Source: Candidatus Omnitrophota bacterium (GTDB taxonomy: Bacteria > Omnitrophota > Gorgyraeia > Gygaellales > Profunditerraquicolaceae). Taken from it: a stretch of 64,000 nucleotides of DNA. Both the position numbers and the translations under genes were made by a program. The DNA lies in assembly GCA_026387355.1 (NCBI GenBank), contig JAPLLW010000011.1:9504-73503 (forward strand), read 5' to 3'. This document shows, piece after piece, positions 18,791-28,086 of this stretch; within the stretch, counting starts at the first letter, position 1, and each line of letters starts with the position of its first letter. The notes under the pieces are model-generated. The model had not been told where the DNA came from. It ran no database searches and was given only the letters and a program-made list of their open reading frames with translations.

Positions 18791-19702
18791 TTATAAACCG
18801 AATGAGGCAAGGATAACCGCAATCCCCGCCAACACCGTCGGAATCCTCCAAAAGAATTTTAACGCCTGGTCAATACGCAGACGCGGATTAGTATTTTTGA
18901 TCAATATAATTATTAATAATAACATTAGATATTTAGCAATTATAAAAATCGGAGTTAAATCACGACCTAAAAACAGAACAATAATAAAGACTGGAAGCAC
19001 ATAAAGCATAACCGCTTTGGTTAATTTAAAGATCGCTAGAGGTAAGCCCGAATATTCGATGAGCGTACCACCCATAATCTCCTGGTCTGCCTCGGCAATA
19101 TCAAAAAGCCCGATTCCTAACTTTGCTTGTATGCAGAATATAGCAACAATAAAAGCTAGGGCTCCGGATAGGCTAAAAGCAATTGAACCATATAGTAACT
19201 GATATTGAATAACTTGACCAATCTGGAGCGCGCCTTTACACTTAAGCACTACCGCGATCACGCAAAGAATTAACGGCAGCTCATAAGCTAGAATCAATTT
19301 CATCTCTCTAGACGCACCCACCGAAGCTAGCGGGTTTCTTGAAGACGATGCCCCGATAATTACCGCAATCGCCGGAATAATTAATAAATATAAAAAGACG
19401 ATTAAATCTCCGGAGAAACTATCAAGCGGTGAAATTATACTCCTACCTAAACTAGCGGTTACCAAAACTACACTTGCCAAACCCAGATATGGAGATAACA
19501 AGAAAACTAGTTTTGAGCCCTCAGGGACAATAGTCTCTTTTCCGAGCAACTTTAAAATATCCATAAAGTTTTGATACCACGGCGGGCCAACCCTCCATTG
19601 CAGACGCGCAGTGAGCTTACGGTCTAACCAACCGGCTAAAAGCCCGACTGTTAAGCTAAATAAAAAACCCGGAAATATTAACAGATAGAATATAGTCTTC
19701 AT
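18791..19702 (-). CDS. NuoH/HycD-like membrane subunit
   Basis: DRKLTARLQWRVGPP, FDIAEADQE, EYSG, PRLRIDQ. Confidence 0.9.
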   Translation of the reverse strand: MKTIFYLLIFPGFLFSLTVGLLAGWLDRKLTARLQWRVGPPWYQNFMDILKLLGKETIVPEGSKLVFLLSPYLGLASVVLVTASLGRSIISPLDSFSGDLIVFLYLLIIPAIAVIIGASSSRNPLASVGASREMKLILAYELPLILCVIAVVLKCKGALQIGQVIQYQLLYGSIAFSLSGALAFIVAIFCIQAKLGIGLFDIAEADQEIMGGTLIEYSGLPLAIFKLTKAVMLYVLPVFIIVLFLGRDLTPIFIIAKYLMLLLIIILIKNTNPRLRIDQALKFFWRIPTVLAGIAVILASFGL

Positions 19703-20193
19703 TTCTTCTTAGGTAATTGAACATCCTCTTTTGACCACCTACAAGTATGCACAGCCAAGTTCTCTCCCACAAAATAAATGTCCTGCTCCAGATTCTCTTC
19801 TACTTCTTTTATCTGAACGGCTTTCTCTGGGCAGAGAGAAACGCATTTAGGTAATTCAACTGATTTACCAATACAAAAATCGCATTTTGAATCCAAGTAC
19901 GGGATAAAATCCTGAAAGATAACCCCAAATGGACAGGCGATGGTGCAAGATTTACAGCTTGTGCAGCGCATCTTGTATCGCTTAAGGTGACCGTCGCTAG
20001 CTCGCTCAAGGGCATTGTGATAACAGGAATTTACGCAAGGCGCCTCCTCGCAATGCCGGCAGATAGTAGCAAAGGTAGCGTACTCTCGCAAAGAAGTAAT
20101 CCCGTTATTCTGCGGATGATAAAAATAATCGCAGACAATTGAACATTCTTTGCATTTATTACAGATGTCTAAATCAATAAATAAACGTTTCAT
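19699..20193 (-). CDS. 4Fe-4S dicluster protein (HycB/DmsB-like)
   Basis: CNKCKEC, CRHCEEAPC, CTSCKSCTIACPFG, KCDFC. Confidence 0.85.
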   Translation of the reverse strand: MKRLFIDLDICNKCKECSIVCDYFYHPQNNGITSLREYATFATICRHCEEAPCVNSCYHNALERASDGHLKRYKMRCTSCKSCTIACPFGVIFQDFIPYLDSKCDFCIGKSVELPKCVSLCPEKAVQIKEVEENLEQDIYFVGENLAVHTCRWSKEDVQLPKKK

Positions 20194-20199
20194 TTATTA

Positions 20200-20248
20200 A
20201 GCTTTAAGCTTTCAGCTATCAGCTAACGGCTGACGGCTGATAGCTATT
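20200..20248. repeat. Degenerate heptamer tandem repeat forming a hairpin
   Basis: AGCTTTA AGCTTTC AGCTATC AGCTAAC GGCTGAC GGCTGAT AGCTATT; AGCTATCAGC/GCTGATAGCT inverted pair. Confidence 0.7.
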
Positions 20249-21065
20249 AGTCCCAAATATCCCGAATATCTTTTAATTGCTCATAAGTAAAAACCGGACC
20301 ATCTTTACAGGCATAGTATTTCCCGATACGGCAATGCCCGCATTTACCTAAACCGCAAGACATGCTCTTCTCCATTGATAGATAGATATCCTGCGGATTA
20401 AAACCTAAATCCAATAATTTTAAAGTAACAAATTTCATCATGATCGGCGGACCGCAAACTATTGCTACTGCCTTAGCAGAGACTACCGGAACTTCCCCCA
20501 ATACTGTTGTCACTAAACCTACATTCCCCTGCCAGCTTGGGTCTCCTATATCAACACTCGCTAAAACATCAACCTTGTCCTTCTTGGCCCATTCGGGAAG
20601 TAGTGCTTTATAAACTATATCGCTTGGCGTACGCGCACCATAGCGCAAAACCACTTTGTTATACTGGTCTATTCTAGAAAAAAGACTAAACAAAAGAGAA
20701 CGTAGTGGTGCTAATCCCACACCACCACCAATTATTAATATATCTCTGCCTTTAAATTTATCGAGAGGATAACCTAAGCCATATGGCCCCCGGATACCGA
20801 GAATATCGTTTTTTTGCATAGTATGCAATTTAGAGGTGACTTCTCCTGCCTTCATTATAGTAAGCTCTAGTAAATCTTTTATTCCGGGATCAGAAGAGGG
20901 TGTAAAAGGAGCCTCCCCTACGCCCGGCACAGTCAACTCTATAAATTGTCCGGTAGCAAAGCTAAACGGAATAGCCGGCCTTAATTTAAAGGTCTTTATC
21001 GTGGAGGTTTCTTCAATTACCTCTTCAATGACTGCCTTGATTGGCTGGTATATATTTTTCTTCAA
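20247..21065 (-). CDS. FAD/NAD(P)-binding [2Fe-2S] subunit (HydG/AsrB/PyrK-like)
   Basis: GQF, RGPYG, GGGVGLAP, CGPPIMM, MSCGLGKCGHC...CKDGPVF. Confidence 0.9.
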   Translation of the reverse strand: MKKNIYQPIKAVIEEVIEETSTIKTFKLRPAIPFSFATGQFIELTVPGVGEAPFTPSSDPGIKDLLELTIMKAGEVTSKLHTMQKNDILGIRGPYGLGYPLDKFKGRDILIIGGGVGLAPLRSLLFSLFSRIDQYNKVVLRYGARTPSDIVYKALLPEWAKKDKVDVLASVDIGDPSWQGNVGLVTTVLGEVPVVSAKAVAIVCGPPIMMKFVTLKLLDLGFNPQDIYLSMEKSMSCGLGKCGHCRIGKYYACKDGPVFTYEQLKDIRDIWD

Positions 21066-22168
21066 CCCACAACCTCCGGCTGCACTTGACGAGATTCATG
21101 TAATATCTTTAAGATGCGGCGTATATCTATTTTCCCAGGACATACATCAATGCATCTTCCGCAACCACAACAAGCCTGAATCCCTAAATTAGAGATGAAA
21201 AAATCAAATTTCTTTAAGAAACGGTTACGCAGCCTCATATAGCGCAACTTTAAAGGATTAGCGCCTCCGGCAACTTTAGTAAAATTTTTAAGCAGACAAC
21301 CATCCCAAAGACGCAGGCGCCTGGCATTACCTGATGACGAATCGTCAGATAATAAGAAACAATGGCAGGTATCGCAGATAAAAACGCAACCGTTACATTC
21401 TACACAGGTGCGCGATTCGTTCTGCCAAACTGTTGAATTGTGCCCTGATACAACTATATCCTGTAATTTTTCTTTCTTGGGAATCTGGTATTGAGTAAGG
21501 TAATCATCTAGCCTACGAACTACTGACTCTCTTTTGGATGACCGTCCTGAAAGTTGACCTAGGGTAGCCGGAACTAATACATCTTTTAAGGAAAATGCAA
21601 TCGAGCTTGCCTTTTGCGAAGCTACATCAACGAGATAGCCGTTAGTTAACGGAGAGAAATTAAAATCATAGCCTTCGGTAGGAAAAGGGTTAATATCAAA
21701 AGCCCTGCAGAAACAAACATTCTTGAACTGAGGACAATCGCTGGCAATAATCAGGGTAGTATCTCTTCTTGCCTTATAAGCAGCGTCGACTTCGCTTCCT
21801 CCTAAAAAGACAAAATCCTGTATCTTTAACGCAAATATATCACAATTCTTTACCCCGCATAACGCAAGAGGCCTCTCCTTCTTGCCTTTTGAATCTTCGC
21901 CTTCGAAGAAAACAGAAACCTCTTCCTTATACTGAGTAAAAAAAGACCGGATTGGCTCGGTAGAACGGTAATCGCTAAAAACTATTTCTTCTTTTTTAAC
22001 TTGAGAGAACTTCTTTATGGAGAAATCATCCGTAGGGACGATTGGCTTACAATCACAGTTTAATTTTAACGCAGATTTGGCTTTGACGGGAACGAATAGC
22101 TCGTATTCCTGGTTGAGCCGTTCATAAAATTTGAGGATATCCTCGTTTTTTAGAAAATATGTTTCCAT
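21062..22168 (-). CDS. [4Fe-4S] subunit (HydB/AsrA-like)
   Basis: GVKNCD, CFC, CVECNGCVFICDTCHCF, CCGCGRCIDVCP. Confidence 0.85.
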   Translation of the reverse strand: METYFLKNEDILKFYERLNQEYELFVPVKAKSALKLNCDCKPIVPTDDFSIKKFSQVKKEEIVFSDYRSTEPIRSFFTQYKEEVSVFFEGEDSKGKKERPLALCGVKNCDIFALKIQDFVFLGGSEVDAAYKARRDTTLIIASDCPQFKNVCFCRAFDINPFPTEGYDFNFSPLTNGYLVDVASQKASSIAFSLKDVLVPATLGQLSGRSSKRESVVRRLDDYLTQYQIPKKEKLQDIVVSGHNSTVWQNESRTCVECNGCVFICDTCHCFLLSDDSSSGNARRLRLWDGCLLKNFTKVAGGANPLKLRYMRLRNRFLKKFDFFISNLGIQACCGCGRCIDVCPGKIDIRRILKILHESRQVQPEVVG

Positions 22169-22249
22169 TGGAAAAAAGTTTTAAAAGATTGATCGGAAGG
22201 AGAAAATAAGATAACATACTTAGCGCTTACTGTCCAGACAAATCTAAAA

Positions 22250-22699
22250 TTATGGCTTAGAAAGCCGCTCTCTGACTAAGTCGCTGACTAGCCTACCATC
22301 CGCCTTACCCGCTATCTTGGCATTAACTTCCTTCATTAACCTACCCATATCTTTCATGCCGCCTGCATTAAGCTCAGCTGCCGACTCTTCAATTATCTTC
22401 TTAATTTCATCAGCGGATAACTCCGGAGGAAGATAGATTTTAAGAATCTCCAGCTCCTTCTTCTCTTTTTCGGCCATCTCCAGACGCTCTCCCTTTGTAA
22501 ACTGCTCGATAGAATCTTGACGCTGCTTAATCTGCTTCTTAATTACCGCTACTACCTCGCTATCATCAAGAGCATTCTTTTTCTTAGCAAGAGCCGTATT
22601 CATAATATCTGCTCTTAAAAAACTTAAAACCGAACTCTTTAACGTATCCCTGGCTTTCATCGCCTCTTTATAATCTGCCATCATCTTCTCTTCTAACAT
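22250..22699 (-). CDS. GatB/YqeY domain protein
   Basis: KEAMKARD, KQRQDSIEQF, MKDMGRLM, GKADG. Confidence 0.9.
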   Translation of the reverse strand: MLEEKMMADYKEAMKARDTLKSSVLSFLRADIMNTALAKKKNALDDSEVVAVIKKQIKQRQDSIEQFTKGERLEMAEKEKKELEILKIYLPPELSADEIKKIIEESAAELNAGGMKDMGRLMKEVNAKIAGKADGRLVSDLVRERLSKP

Positions 22700-22709
22700 A
22701 AATCCTCCC

Positions 22710-23609
22710 TTAGAATAAAACTTGCCTTCTGAATTCTGCTAACCTATTATCTAAATCTTTCATAGAAAGTTTAGCCGTTCTTTCTAAACCAAAACCCTCA
22801 ATATTAAAAGAAGCGGCTATTGTCCCATAAGCTAATGCCTTCTTAATATTCTGCGCATTAACCGTTTTAGCCTTAGCCAAATATCCCATAAACCCTCCAG
22901 CAAAGGTATCGCCTGCGCCAGTAGGGTCTACCACTTTATCTTCCGGATACGCAGGAAGCGAAAATATGAATTTATCCGAATAGAATAAAACCCCATGCTC
23001 GCCTTTCTTTATCAAAATCATCGGGGGACCAAAGGAACGCAATCGCTTAGCCGCTCTAATAAGATTATCCTCCTGGGTGAGAGAACGCGCCTCTTGATCA
23101 TTAGCTACATAAATATCCACTTTCTTTAATACTTTCAGCAATGACTTACGTTTAGTATTAATCCAGTAATTCATACTATCCAAAACAATTAACTTTGGCG
23201 AGGATAAATGAGGCAAGATATGTCCTTGAATATCGGGATCAACATTAGCTAAGAAAATATACTTTATCTTTTTCTGCTCCTCGGAAAGCTTAGGCTTAAA
23301 TGAAGCCAAAACTCCCAGCTCTGTATTTAAAGTAACCGCGGTATTCAAATCTCCTTTATATTCGCCTGACCACTGAAAGGTTTTCCCTTGGGCCCGGATA
23401 AGCGAAGCAAGACTAATGCCTTTTTGTTGCAGGAAATCAATATGCCTCTGAGGAAAGTCTTCGCCTACAGTAGCAACCAGACTAACCTTGGTAAATAAAC
23501 GGCTGGACATAGAAAAATGCGCAGCTGAACCACCAAGCAGTTTATTCCTCTCTCCATATGGAGTCCTGACGTTATCTAAAGCCACCGTCCCTAAAACAAG
23601 TATGCTCAT
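22710..23609 (-). CDS. PfkB family carbohydrate/nucleoside kinase
   Basis: GGSAA, DPTGAGDTFAGG; start set at ATG 23609 overlapping the uppP stop. Confidence 0.9.
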   Translation of the reverse strand: MSILVLGTVALDNVRTPYGERNKLLGGSAAHFSMSSRLFTKVSLVATVGEDFPQRHIDFLQQKGISLASLIRAQGKTFQWSGEYKGDLNTAVTLNTELGVLASFKPKLSEEQKKIKYIFLANVDPDIQGHILPHLSSPKLIVLDSMNYWINTKRKSLLKVLKKVDIYVANDQEARSLTQEDNLIRAAKRLRSFGPPMILIKKGEHGVLFYSDKFIFSLPAYPEDKVVDPTGAGDTFAGGFMGYLAKAKTVNAQNIKKALAYGTIAASFNIEGFGLERTAKLSMKDLDNRLAEFRRQVLF

Positions 23610-24349
23610 CTTATAAATACCATAGTTAAAATTGCTAATGCAATACAATAATACCCAAAATAATAAAATTTGGCTCGTGTTATAACCAATTTTAAGATCC
23701 AAAGCGCTAACAAACCAGTAAACAAACTGACAATAAAACCAGTGACTAAGTTAATGAAATCGCTTCTTAAGGCAAGATCGACTTTTCTCGCCTCTAAAAG
23801 CGTAGCGCCTAAGATTATAGGAATGGAGACTAAAAAGGAGAACTTAAAACAAGTCTGCTTATCTATTTTTCTGAATAAAAGCGTAGAGATAGTTATGCCA
23901 GAACGCGAAATTCCCGGAATAATCGCTAAAGCTTGAGCAAACCCCAAAATGATCGCATCTCTTAATCCAACCTTATCTCTCTTTGCATCCATGAACTTAC
24001 GGGTTAATAACAGGACGATACCAGTAAAAGCGAATGAAAATCCTACTGCCTTAGCTGAACTAAATAAGCTCTCAAAAAAATCTTTACCCAGTAAACCGAT
24101 TGTGCCGGTAATTAGAGTTACTAAAAGTATTAATGAAATCAGCTTTATATCGCGCAAGAGTTTCAATATATCTTTACGGAAAAAGGCTACGACTGCAAAT
24201 AATGTGCCTAAATGCAAAACTACCGATATTGCGATCTCCTCTCCGCTCATACCGAGGAGCTTCTGAGCAATTACCAAATGCCCGGAGCTACTCACGGGGA
24301 GGAATTCGGTAAGTCCCTGAATTATTCCTAATATAATATATTTAATCAT
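23606..24349 (-). CDS. uppP: Undecaprenyl-diphosphate phosphatase
   Basis: QGLTEFLPVSSSGH and PGISRSG motifs. Confidence 0.95.
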   Translation of the reverse strand: MIKYIILGIIQGLTEFLPVSSSGHLVIAQKLLGMSGEEIAISVVLHLGTLFAVVAFFRKDILKLLRDIKLISLILLVTLITGTIGLLGKDFFESLFSSAKAVGFSFAFTGIVLLLTRKFMDAKRDKVGLRDAIILGFAQALAIIPGISRSGITISTLLFRKIDKQTCFKFSFLVSIPIILGATLLEARKVDLALRSDFINLVTGFIVSLFTGLLALWILKLVITRAKFYYFGYYCIALAILTMVFIR

Positions 24350-24939
24350 TTATGCTTGTTTAAAAACTCTTCCAAATCCTTCGGCAATGGACTCTCTAAA
24401 TACAACTGTTTTCCTGTCAGAGGATGAACAAATTCTAATCTCTCTGCGTGCAGACAAAGCCGCTTAGCCTTAACTATAGAATCCCGACGAAAAGCAAATT
24501 TGCTTTCGCCCAAAACCGGGTGACCTATCTGCTTAAAATGAATCCTGATCTGATTTGTCCTGCCGGTTAAAGGATTAACTTTTACAATAGCAAAATCATT
24601 CATTTTTGCAATAACTTTATAGCGAGTGCAAGCACTTAACCCTTCAATCTTATTCTTTATTTCCCCCTCTAATCTAAGTGGGACACCCTGCACAAAAGCA
24701 ATATAACTTTTCTTAACTACACGCTGCCTAAATTGATCAGCCAACTTTTGCTGAGTAGACTTGCTTTTTGCGTAAATAATCAATCCAGAAGTTTCGCGAT
24801 CAAGCCGATGACAAGGATATAAATTAAGTATACTTGTGAGTGTGCGTTCTTCGTTTTTAGGGGTAGGGACTGTCAGTAGCCCGGAGGGTTTGTCAACTAC
24901 AAGTATCCAATCGTCTTCATAAATAACGGGTATATTCAC
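24346..24939 (-). CDS. RluA family pseudouridine synthase
   Basis: VDKPSG, HRLDRETSG, TGRTNQIRIH, LHA. Confidence 0.92.
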   Translation of the reverse strand: MNIPVIYEDDWILVVDKPSGLLTVPTPKNEERTLTSILNLYPCHRLDRETSGLIIYAKSKSTQQKLADQFRQRVVKKSYIAFVQGVPLRLEGEIKNKIEGLSACTRYKVIAKMNDFAIVKVNPLTGRTNQIRIHFKQIGHPVLGESKFAFRRDSIVKAKRLCLHAERLEFVHPLTGKQLYLESPLPKDLEEFLNKHK

Positions 24940-24940
24940 C

Positions 24941-25858
24941 TTAAATTATTTCCAACATCCTATCTATTGCTTTTTTTGCCTTAAGCCGTATCTCGTCTGA
25001 AACCTTGACCTCTTCCTTTAATTCTTCCAAAGCCCAGAGAATCTTTTCTTGAGTAGTCCGCTTCATATTCGGGCAGACAGCCCGCTCAGAAGCAGGGTAA
25101 AATTCCTTATTAGGATTATCTTTCTTAAGACGGTAAATAAGACCTATCTCAGTCCCGACAATAAACTCTGTTGCTTCTGACTCTTTTGCAAATTTAGACA
25201 TCTGGCTTGTGGATAAAGCCGCATCTGCCAGGCCTACTACCTGCGGCAGGCATTCCGGATGCACAATCACTTTTGCAAAAGGATGAAATTTCTTTTCGCG
25301 CTTAACATCTTCGGGAAGGATCTTTATATGCGTCGGACAAAATCCGTTCCAGGTGATAAGTTTTCTCCCTGTCTTTTTAGATACATAATCCCCAAGATAC
25401 TTATCAGGAACAAAAATTATCTCTTCTTTATCTTTTAAGGCATTAACTACGGTTACGGCGTTAGTTGATGTGCAGCAATAATCTAATTCCGCCTTTACTT
25501 CTGCCGAAGTATTCACATAACCCACCACTACCGCATTGGGATGTTCTTTCTTTAGTTTCTTCAGCTCCTCAGCATTAAGCATATTCGCCATAGGGCAACC
25601 CGCTTGTATATCAGGCATAATTACTAATTTCTCCGGAGATAGAATTGAAGCGGTCTCTGCCATAAAATACACCCCGCAGAAAACAATTACCTTGTTTTCG
25701 ACCTTAGCTGCGATACGGCTTAACTCTAGAGAATCGCCTCTAAAATCAGCCACATCTTGAACCTCCGGCAACTGATAGTTGTGCGCCAATATTATAGCAT
25801 CGCGCTTCTTCTTTAACTTTGCGATCTTCTCTTCTAAACCAGCAATTTCTTTAGTCAT
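24941..25858 (-). CDS. nadA: Quinolinate synthase
   Basis: LAHNYQ, FCGVYFMAE, GCPMA, YVNTSA, HPEC, CPNM. Confidence 0.95.
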   Translation of the reverse strand: MTKEIAGLEEKIAKLKKKRDAIILAHNYQLPEVQDVADFRGDSLELSRIAAKVENKVIVFCGVYFMAETASILSPEKLVIMPDIQAGCPMANMLNAEELKKLKKEHPNAVVVGYVNTSAEVKAELDYCCTSTNAVTVVNALKDKEEIIFVPDKYLGDYVSKKTGRKLITWNGFCPTHIKILPEDVKREKKFHPFAKVIVHPECLPQVVGLADAALSTSQMSKFAKESEATEFIVGTEIGLIYRLKKDNPNKEFYPASERAVCPNMKRTTQEKILWALEELKEEVKVSDEIRLKAKKAIDRMLEII

Positions 25859-25865
25859 TTAATTC

Positions 25866-26927
25866 TTAATCCTTCTCAATAATCCCGCCACCTAAAACCA
25901 AATTTTTATCGTAGAAAACTGCGGATTGTCCAGGCGTTATGGCGAATTGGGATTTATTAAATACGACCTTGATTTTCTTCCCGATGGGAAACAACTCTGC
26001 TTCCGATTCTTTATGATTATACCTTATTTTAACCTTAAGGGCAACCCTCTTTTTGATGGGTTTTAATGCAAAGTGCACATCTCTAACAAAAAAGCTACTG
26101 CCAAAAACAGACTCTCTCGGCCCTATAGTTATCCGGTTTTTCTTAAAGTCTATACTAGTTATATAAACCGGGTGCCCCCTAGCAAGGCCTAGGCCTTCGC
26201 GCTGACCAATAGTATAATATGCAATACCTTTATGCTCGCCAACTACCTGGCCATTTTCATCCACAACTGGGCCGGGAGCTATCTTTTTCCCAAATCTCTC
26301 CCTTAAAAACGCGCGATAGTCATCTTTCGGTAGAAAACAGATTTCTTGACTGGCTTTTTTCTCAGCAACAGGAAGTGCAAATTTCCTAGCCAGAGAGCGC
26401 ACCTCTTCCTTAGTATAGCCGCCTAAAGGAAAAATTATATGCTTAAGCTTATCTTGATTTAATCTATACAAGAAATACGTCTGGTCCTTCTTGGGATCTT
26501 TTGCCTTTTTCAACAAATACCCACCTCTTGACCTAGCTATCCTAGCATAGTGACCGGTAGCGAGGAATTTAGCGTCAAAGGATTTAGCCTTATTTAATAA
26601 TTCACCGAATTTAAGATATTGATTGCAAATAACGCAAGGATTCGGCGTTTCCCCTTCAAGATAGCTCTTACAGAAGTCTTTAATTACCCGCTCCTCCAAA
26701 TCCTTTTGCATATTTAAAATATAATGCCTTATTCCCAGCTTATGTGCTACTCTCCTTGCGTCTTCTACCCCTTGGATACTACAGCAGGCAGGTGACTTAC
26801 GGGGATAATCAGCGAAATTGAAACACATAGTGATCCCTATCACCTCATAGCCTTGATCAATTAATAAAGCAGCGGCTACTGAAGAATCTACTCCCCCACT
26901 CATGCCTACAACCACACGTTTTTTCAT
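25866..26927 (-). CDS. mnmA: tRNA 2-thiouridylase
   Basis: SGGVDSS, TPNPCVICN, ATGHYA, KDQTYFL, TPGQ. Confidence 0.95.
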   Translation of the reverse strand: MKKRVVVGMSGGVDSSVAAALLIDQGYEVIGITMCFNFADYPRKSPACCSIQGVEDARRVAHKLGIRHYILNMQKDLEERVIKDFCKSYLEGETPNPCVICNQYLKFGELLNKAKSFDAKFLATGHYARIARSRGGYLLKKAKDPKKDQTYFLYRLNQDKLKHIIFPLGGYTKEEVRSLARKFALPVAEKKASQEICFLPKDDYRAFLRERFGKKIAPGPVVDENGQVVGEHKGIAYYTIGQREGLGLARGHPVYITSIDFKKNRITIGPRESVFGSSFFVRDVHFALKPIKKRVALKVKIRYNHKESEAELFPIGKKIKVVFNKSQFAITPGQSAVFYDKNLVLGGGIIEKD

Positions 26928-26965
26928 AATATCAATTATAGCACAATGCTTTTAAAATTAAGTAA

Positions 26966-27011
26966 CAAAAAGGGATGCCTCTATCTAAAAGACTAAAGCA
27001 TCCCTTTTTTT
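26966..27011. terminator. Intrinsic terminator (bidirectional geometry)
   Basis: AAAAAGGGATGC...GCATCCCTTTTTTT. Confidence 0.7.
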
Positions 27012-27034
27012 GAACTAACCCGAAAGCTATTCTT

Positions 27035-27214
27035 TTATTTCTTTTCGAAAAGCTTAGCCGCAATCGCTAATAAAAGTACAGTATTAGCAAGCGTAATCGT
27101 TGTCAATATTTTAACCCCCATGAAAGTACGAGGATTCCCGACAAATCTACCCACAACTGCACCAACAAGCAAGATAACCCCTGCTCCAAGCAAAACCATA
27201 GGTAATTTCTTCAT
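27035..27214 (-). CDS. 59-aa two-TM membrane protein (not in ORF track)
   Basis: MKKLPMVLLGAGVILLVGAVVGRFVGNPRTFMGVKILTTITLANTVLLLAIAAKLFEKK*; AAGGAGG RBS, TGC-TATAAT promoter upstream, terminator downstream. Confidence 0.75.
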   Translation of the reverse strand: MKKLPMVLLGAGVILLVGAVVGRFVGNPRTFMGVKILTTITLANTVLLLAIAAKLFEKK

Positions 27215-27259
27215 TTTACCTCCTTTTGTGTATTATAGCACAAAATTTCATTTATCAAT

Positions 27260-27298
27260 AAAAAAATAGGCCCAGTATATTCTACAAGGCCTATTTTT
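27260..27298 (-). terminator. Terminator after cspA
   Basis: AAAAATAGGCC...GGCCTATTTTT inverted repeat. Confidence 0.7.
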
Positions 27299-27312
27299 AT
27301 TTACTACTTAGG

Positions 27313-27513
27313 TTATAACTTGTTTACCTTTGTAGCTTGCTCACCCTTAGGACCTTTTTCAATCTCAAATTCAACTTCCTGGCCCTCTTCTAAAGTCTTA
27401 TAGCCATCACCCTGTATAGCAGTATGATGTACGAATACATCATTACCGTTCTCAGGAGTAATAAACCCATAACCCTTTTGGTTGGAAAACCACTTTACTT
27501 TACCTTTTACCAT
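27313..27513 (-). CDS. cspA: Cold-shock protein
   Basis: GKVKWF, KGYGFI, DVFVH RNP motifs. Confidence 0.95.
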   Translation of the reverse strand: MVKGKVKWFSNQKGYGFITPENGNDVFVHHTAIQGDGYKTLEEGQEVEFEIEKGPKGEQATKVNKL

Positions 27514-27681
27514 TTACTGTACTTCCTCCTTCCTTGTTCCCGCTGATTCGTTTAAACTCTAGTCGGGATCCCGTTTCACCGGGATAAATTTTAGTAAACC
27601 AAGATAACAAAAAACCGTAAGGCGCGTCACTCTTTCTCCTCACGGTTCAAGCGTTCAACTACCTTGTTTACTACTGTGGTA

Positions 27682-27709
27682 AGTATACACTAAATTCTGC
27701 TATTGTCAA
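27682..27709 (-). promoter_or_regulatory. Promoter of cspA
   Basis: TTGACA (27704-27709), 16-nt spacer, TATACT (27682-27687); implies a leader of about 160 nt. Confidence 0.65.
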
Positions 27710-27770
27710 TAAGAAACTTAATAGAATAAACACTTTGGATAACTTAGCGAGAGGTATTTTCAGGCTTTTA

Positions 27771-27798
27771 CTTACGACTTACCACTTACGACTTACGA
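27771..27798. repeat. Heptamer tandem repeat (CTTACGA)x4
   Basis: CTTACGA CTTACCA CTTACGA CTTACGA, overlapping the 3' end of 27786..28082. Confidence 0.7.
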
Positions 27799-28082
27799 CT
27801 AATATCTATACCCTTAAGATTATAGTAACCCAACACCTTTACCTTCGCCTTAGATTTACTTACAAGCCAATCGTGGCGCTTTTTCATAAAACCCTCATGG
27901 CTCTCCTGCTTATCCCATTCATATACCGAGGCATACTGGTTCTTATAGCCATAGCGCTTCATGGTAAAATAGGCCCTAAAACCCTTTACCTTCTTGGCGA
28001 AGCTAGCCCAAATCAAGCTATCTTTACGGTACTTAGTAACTTCTTTAGGCTGGATTTTGAATAAGACGGTATGTATAAACAT
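27786..28082 (-). CDS. ABM/Dabb-like (antibiotic biosynthesis monooxygenase fold) protein
   Basis: FIHTVLF...GF...YEWDKQESH pattern of dimeric alpha-beta barrel proteins. Confidence 0.6.
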   Translation of the reverse strand: MFIHTVLFKIQPKEVTKYRKDSLIWASFAKKVKGFRAYFTMKRYGYKNQYASVYEWDKQESHEGFMKKRHDWLVSKSKAKVKVLGYYNLKGIDISRKS

Positions 28083-28086
28083 CTAC

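Noticed and set aside
13785-19702. Calling the nuo-like genes respiratory complex I
   Set aside because: The large subunit keeps both Ni-binding CxxC motifs, a maturation protease is nearby, and nuoA/J/K/M/N are absent.
23610-23702. N-terminal extension of the PfkB kinase
   Set aside because: Overlaps uppP; the family start MSILVLG at 23609 gives a standard ATGA coupling.
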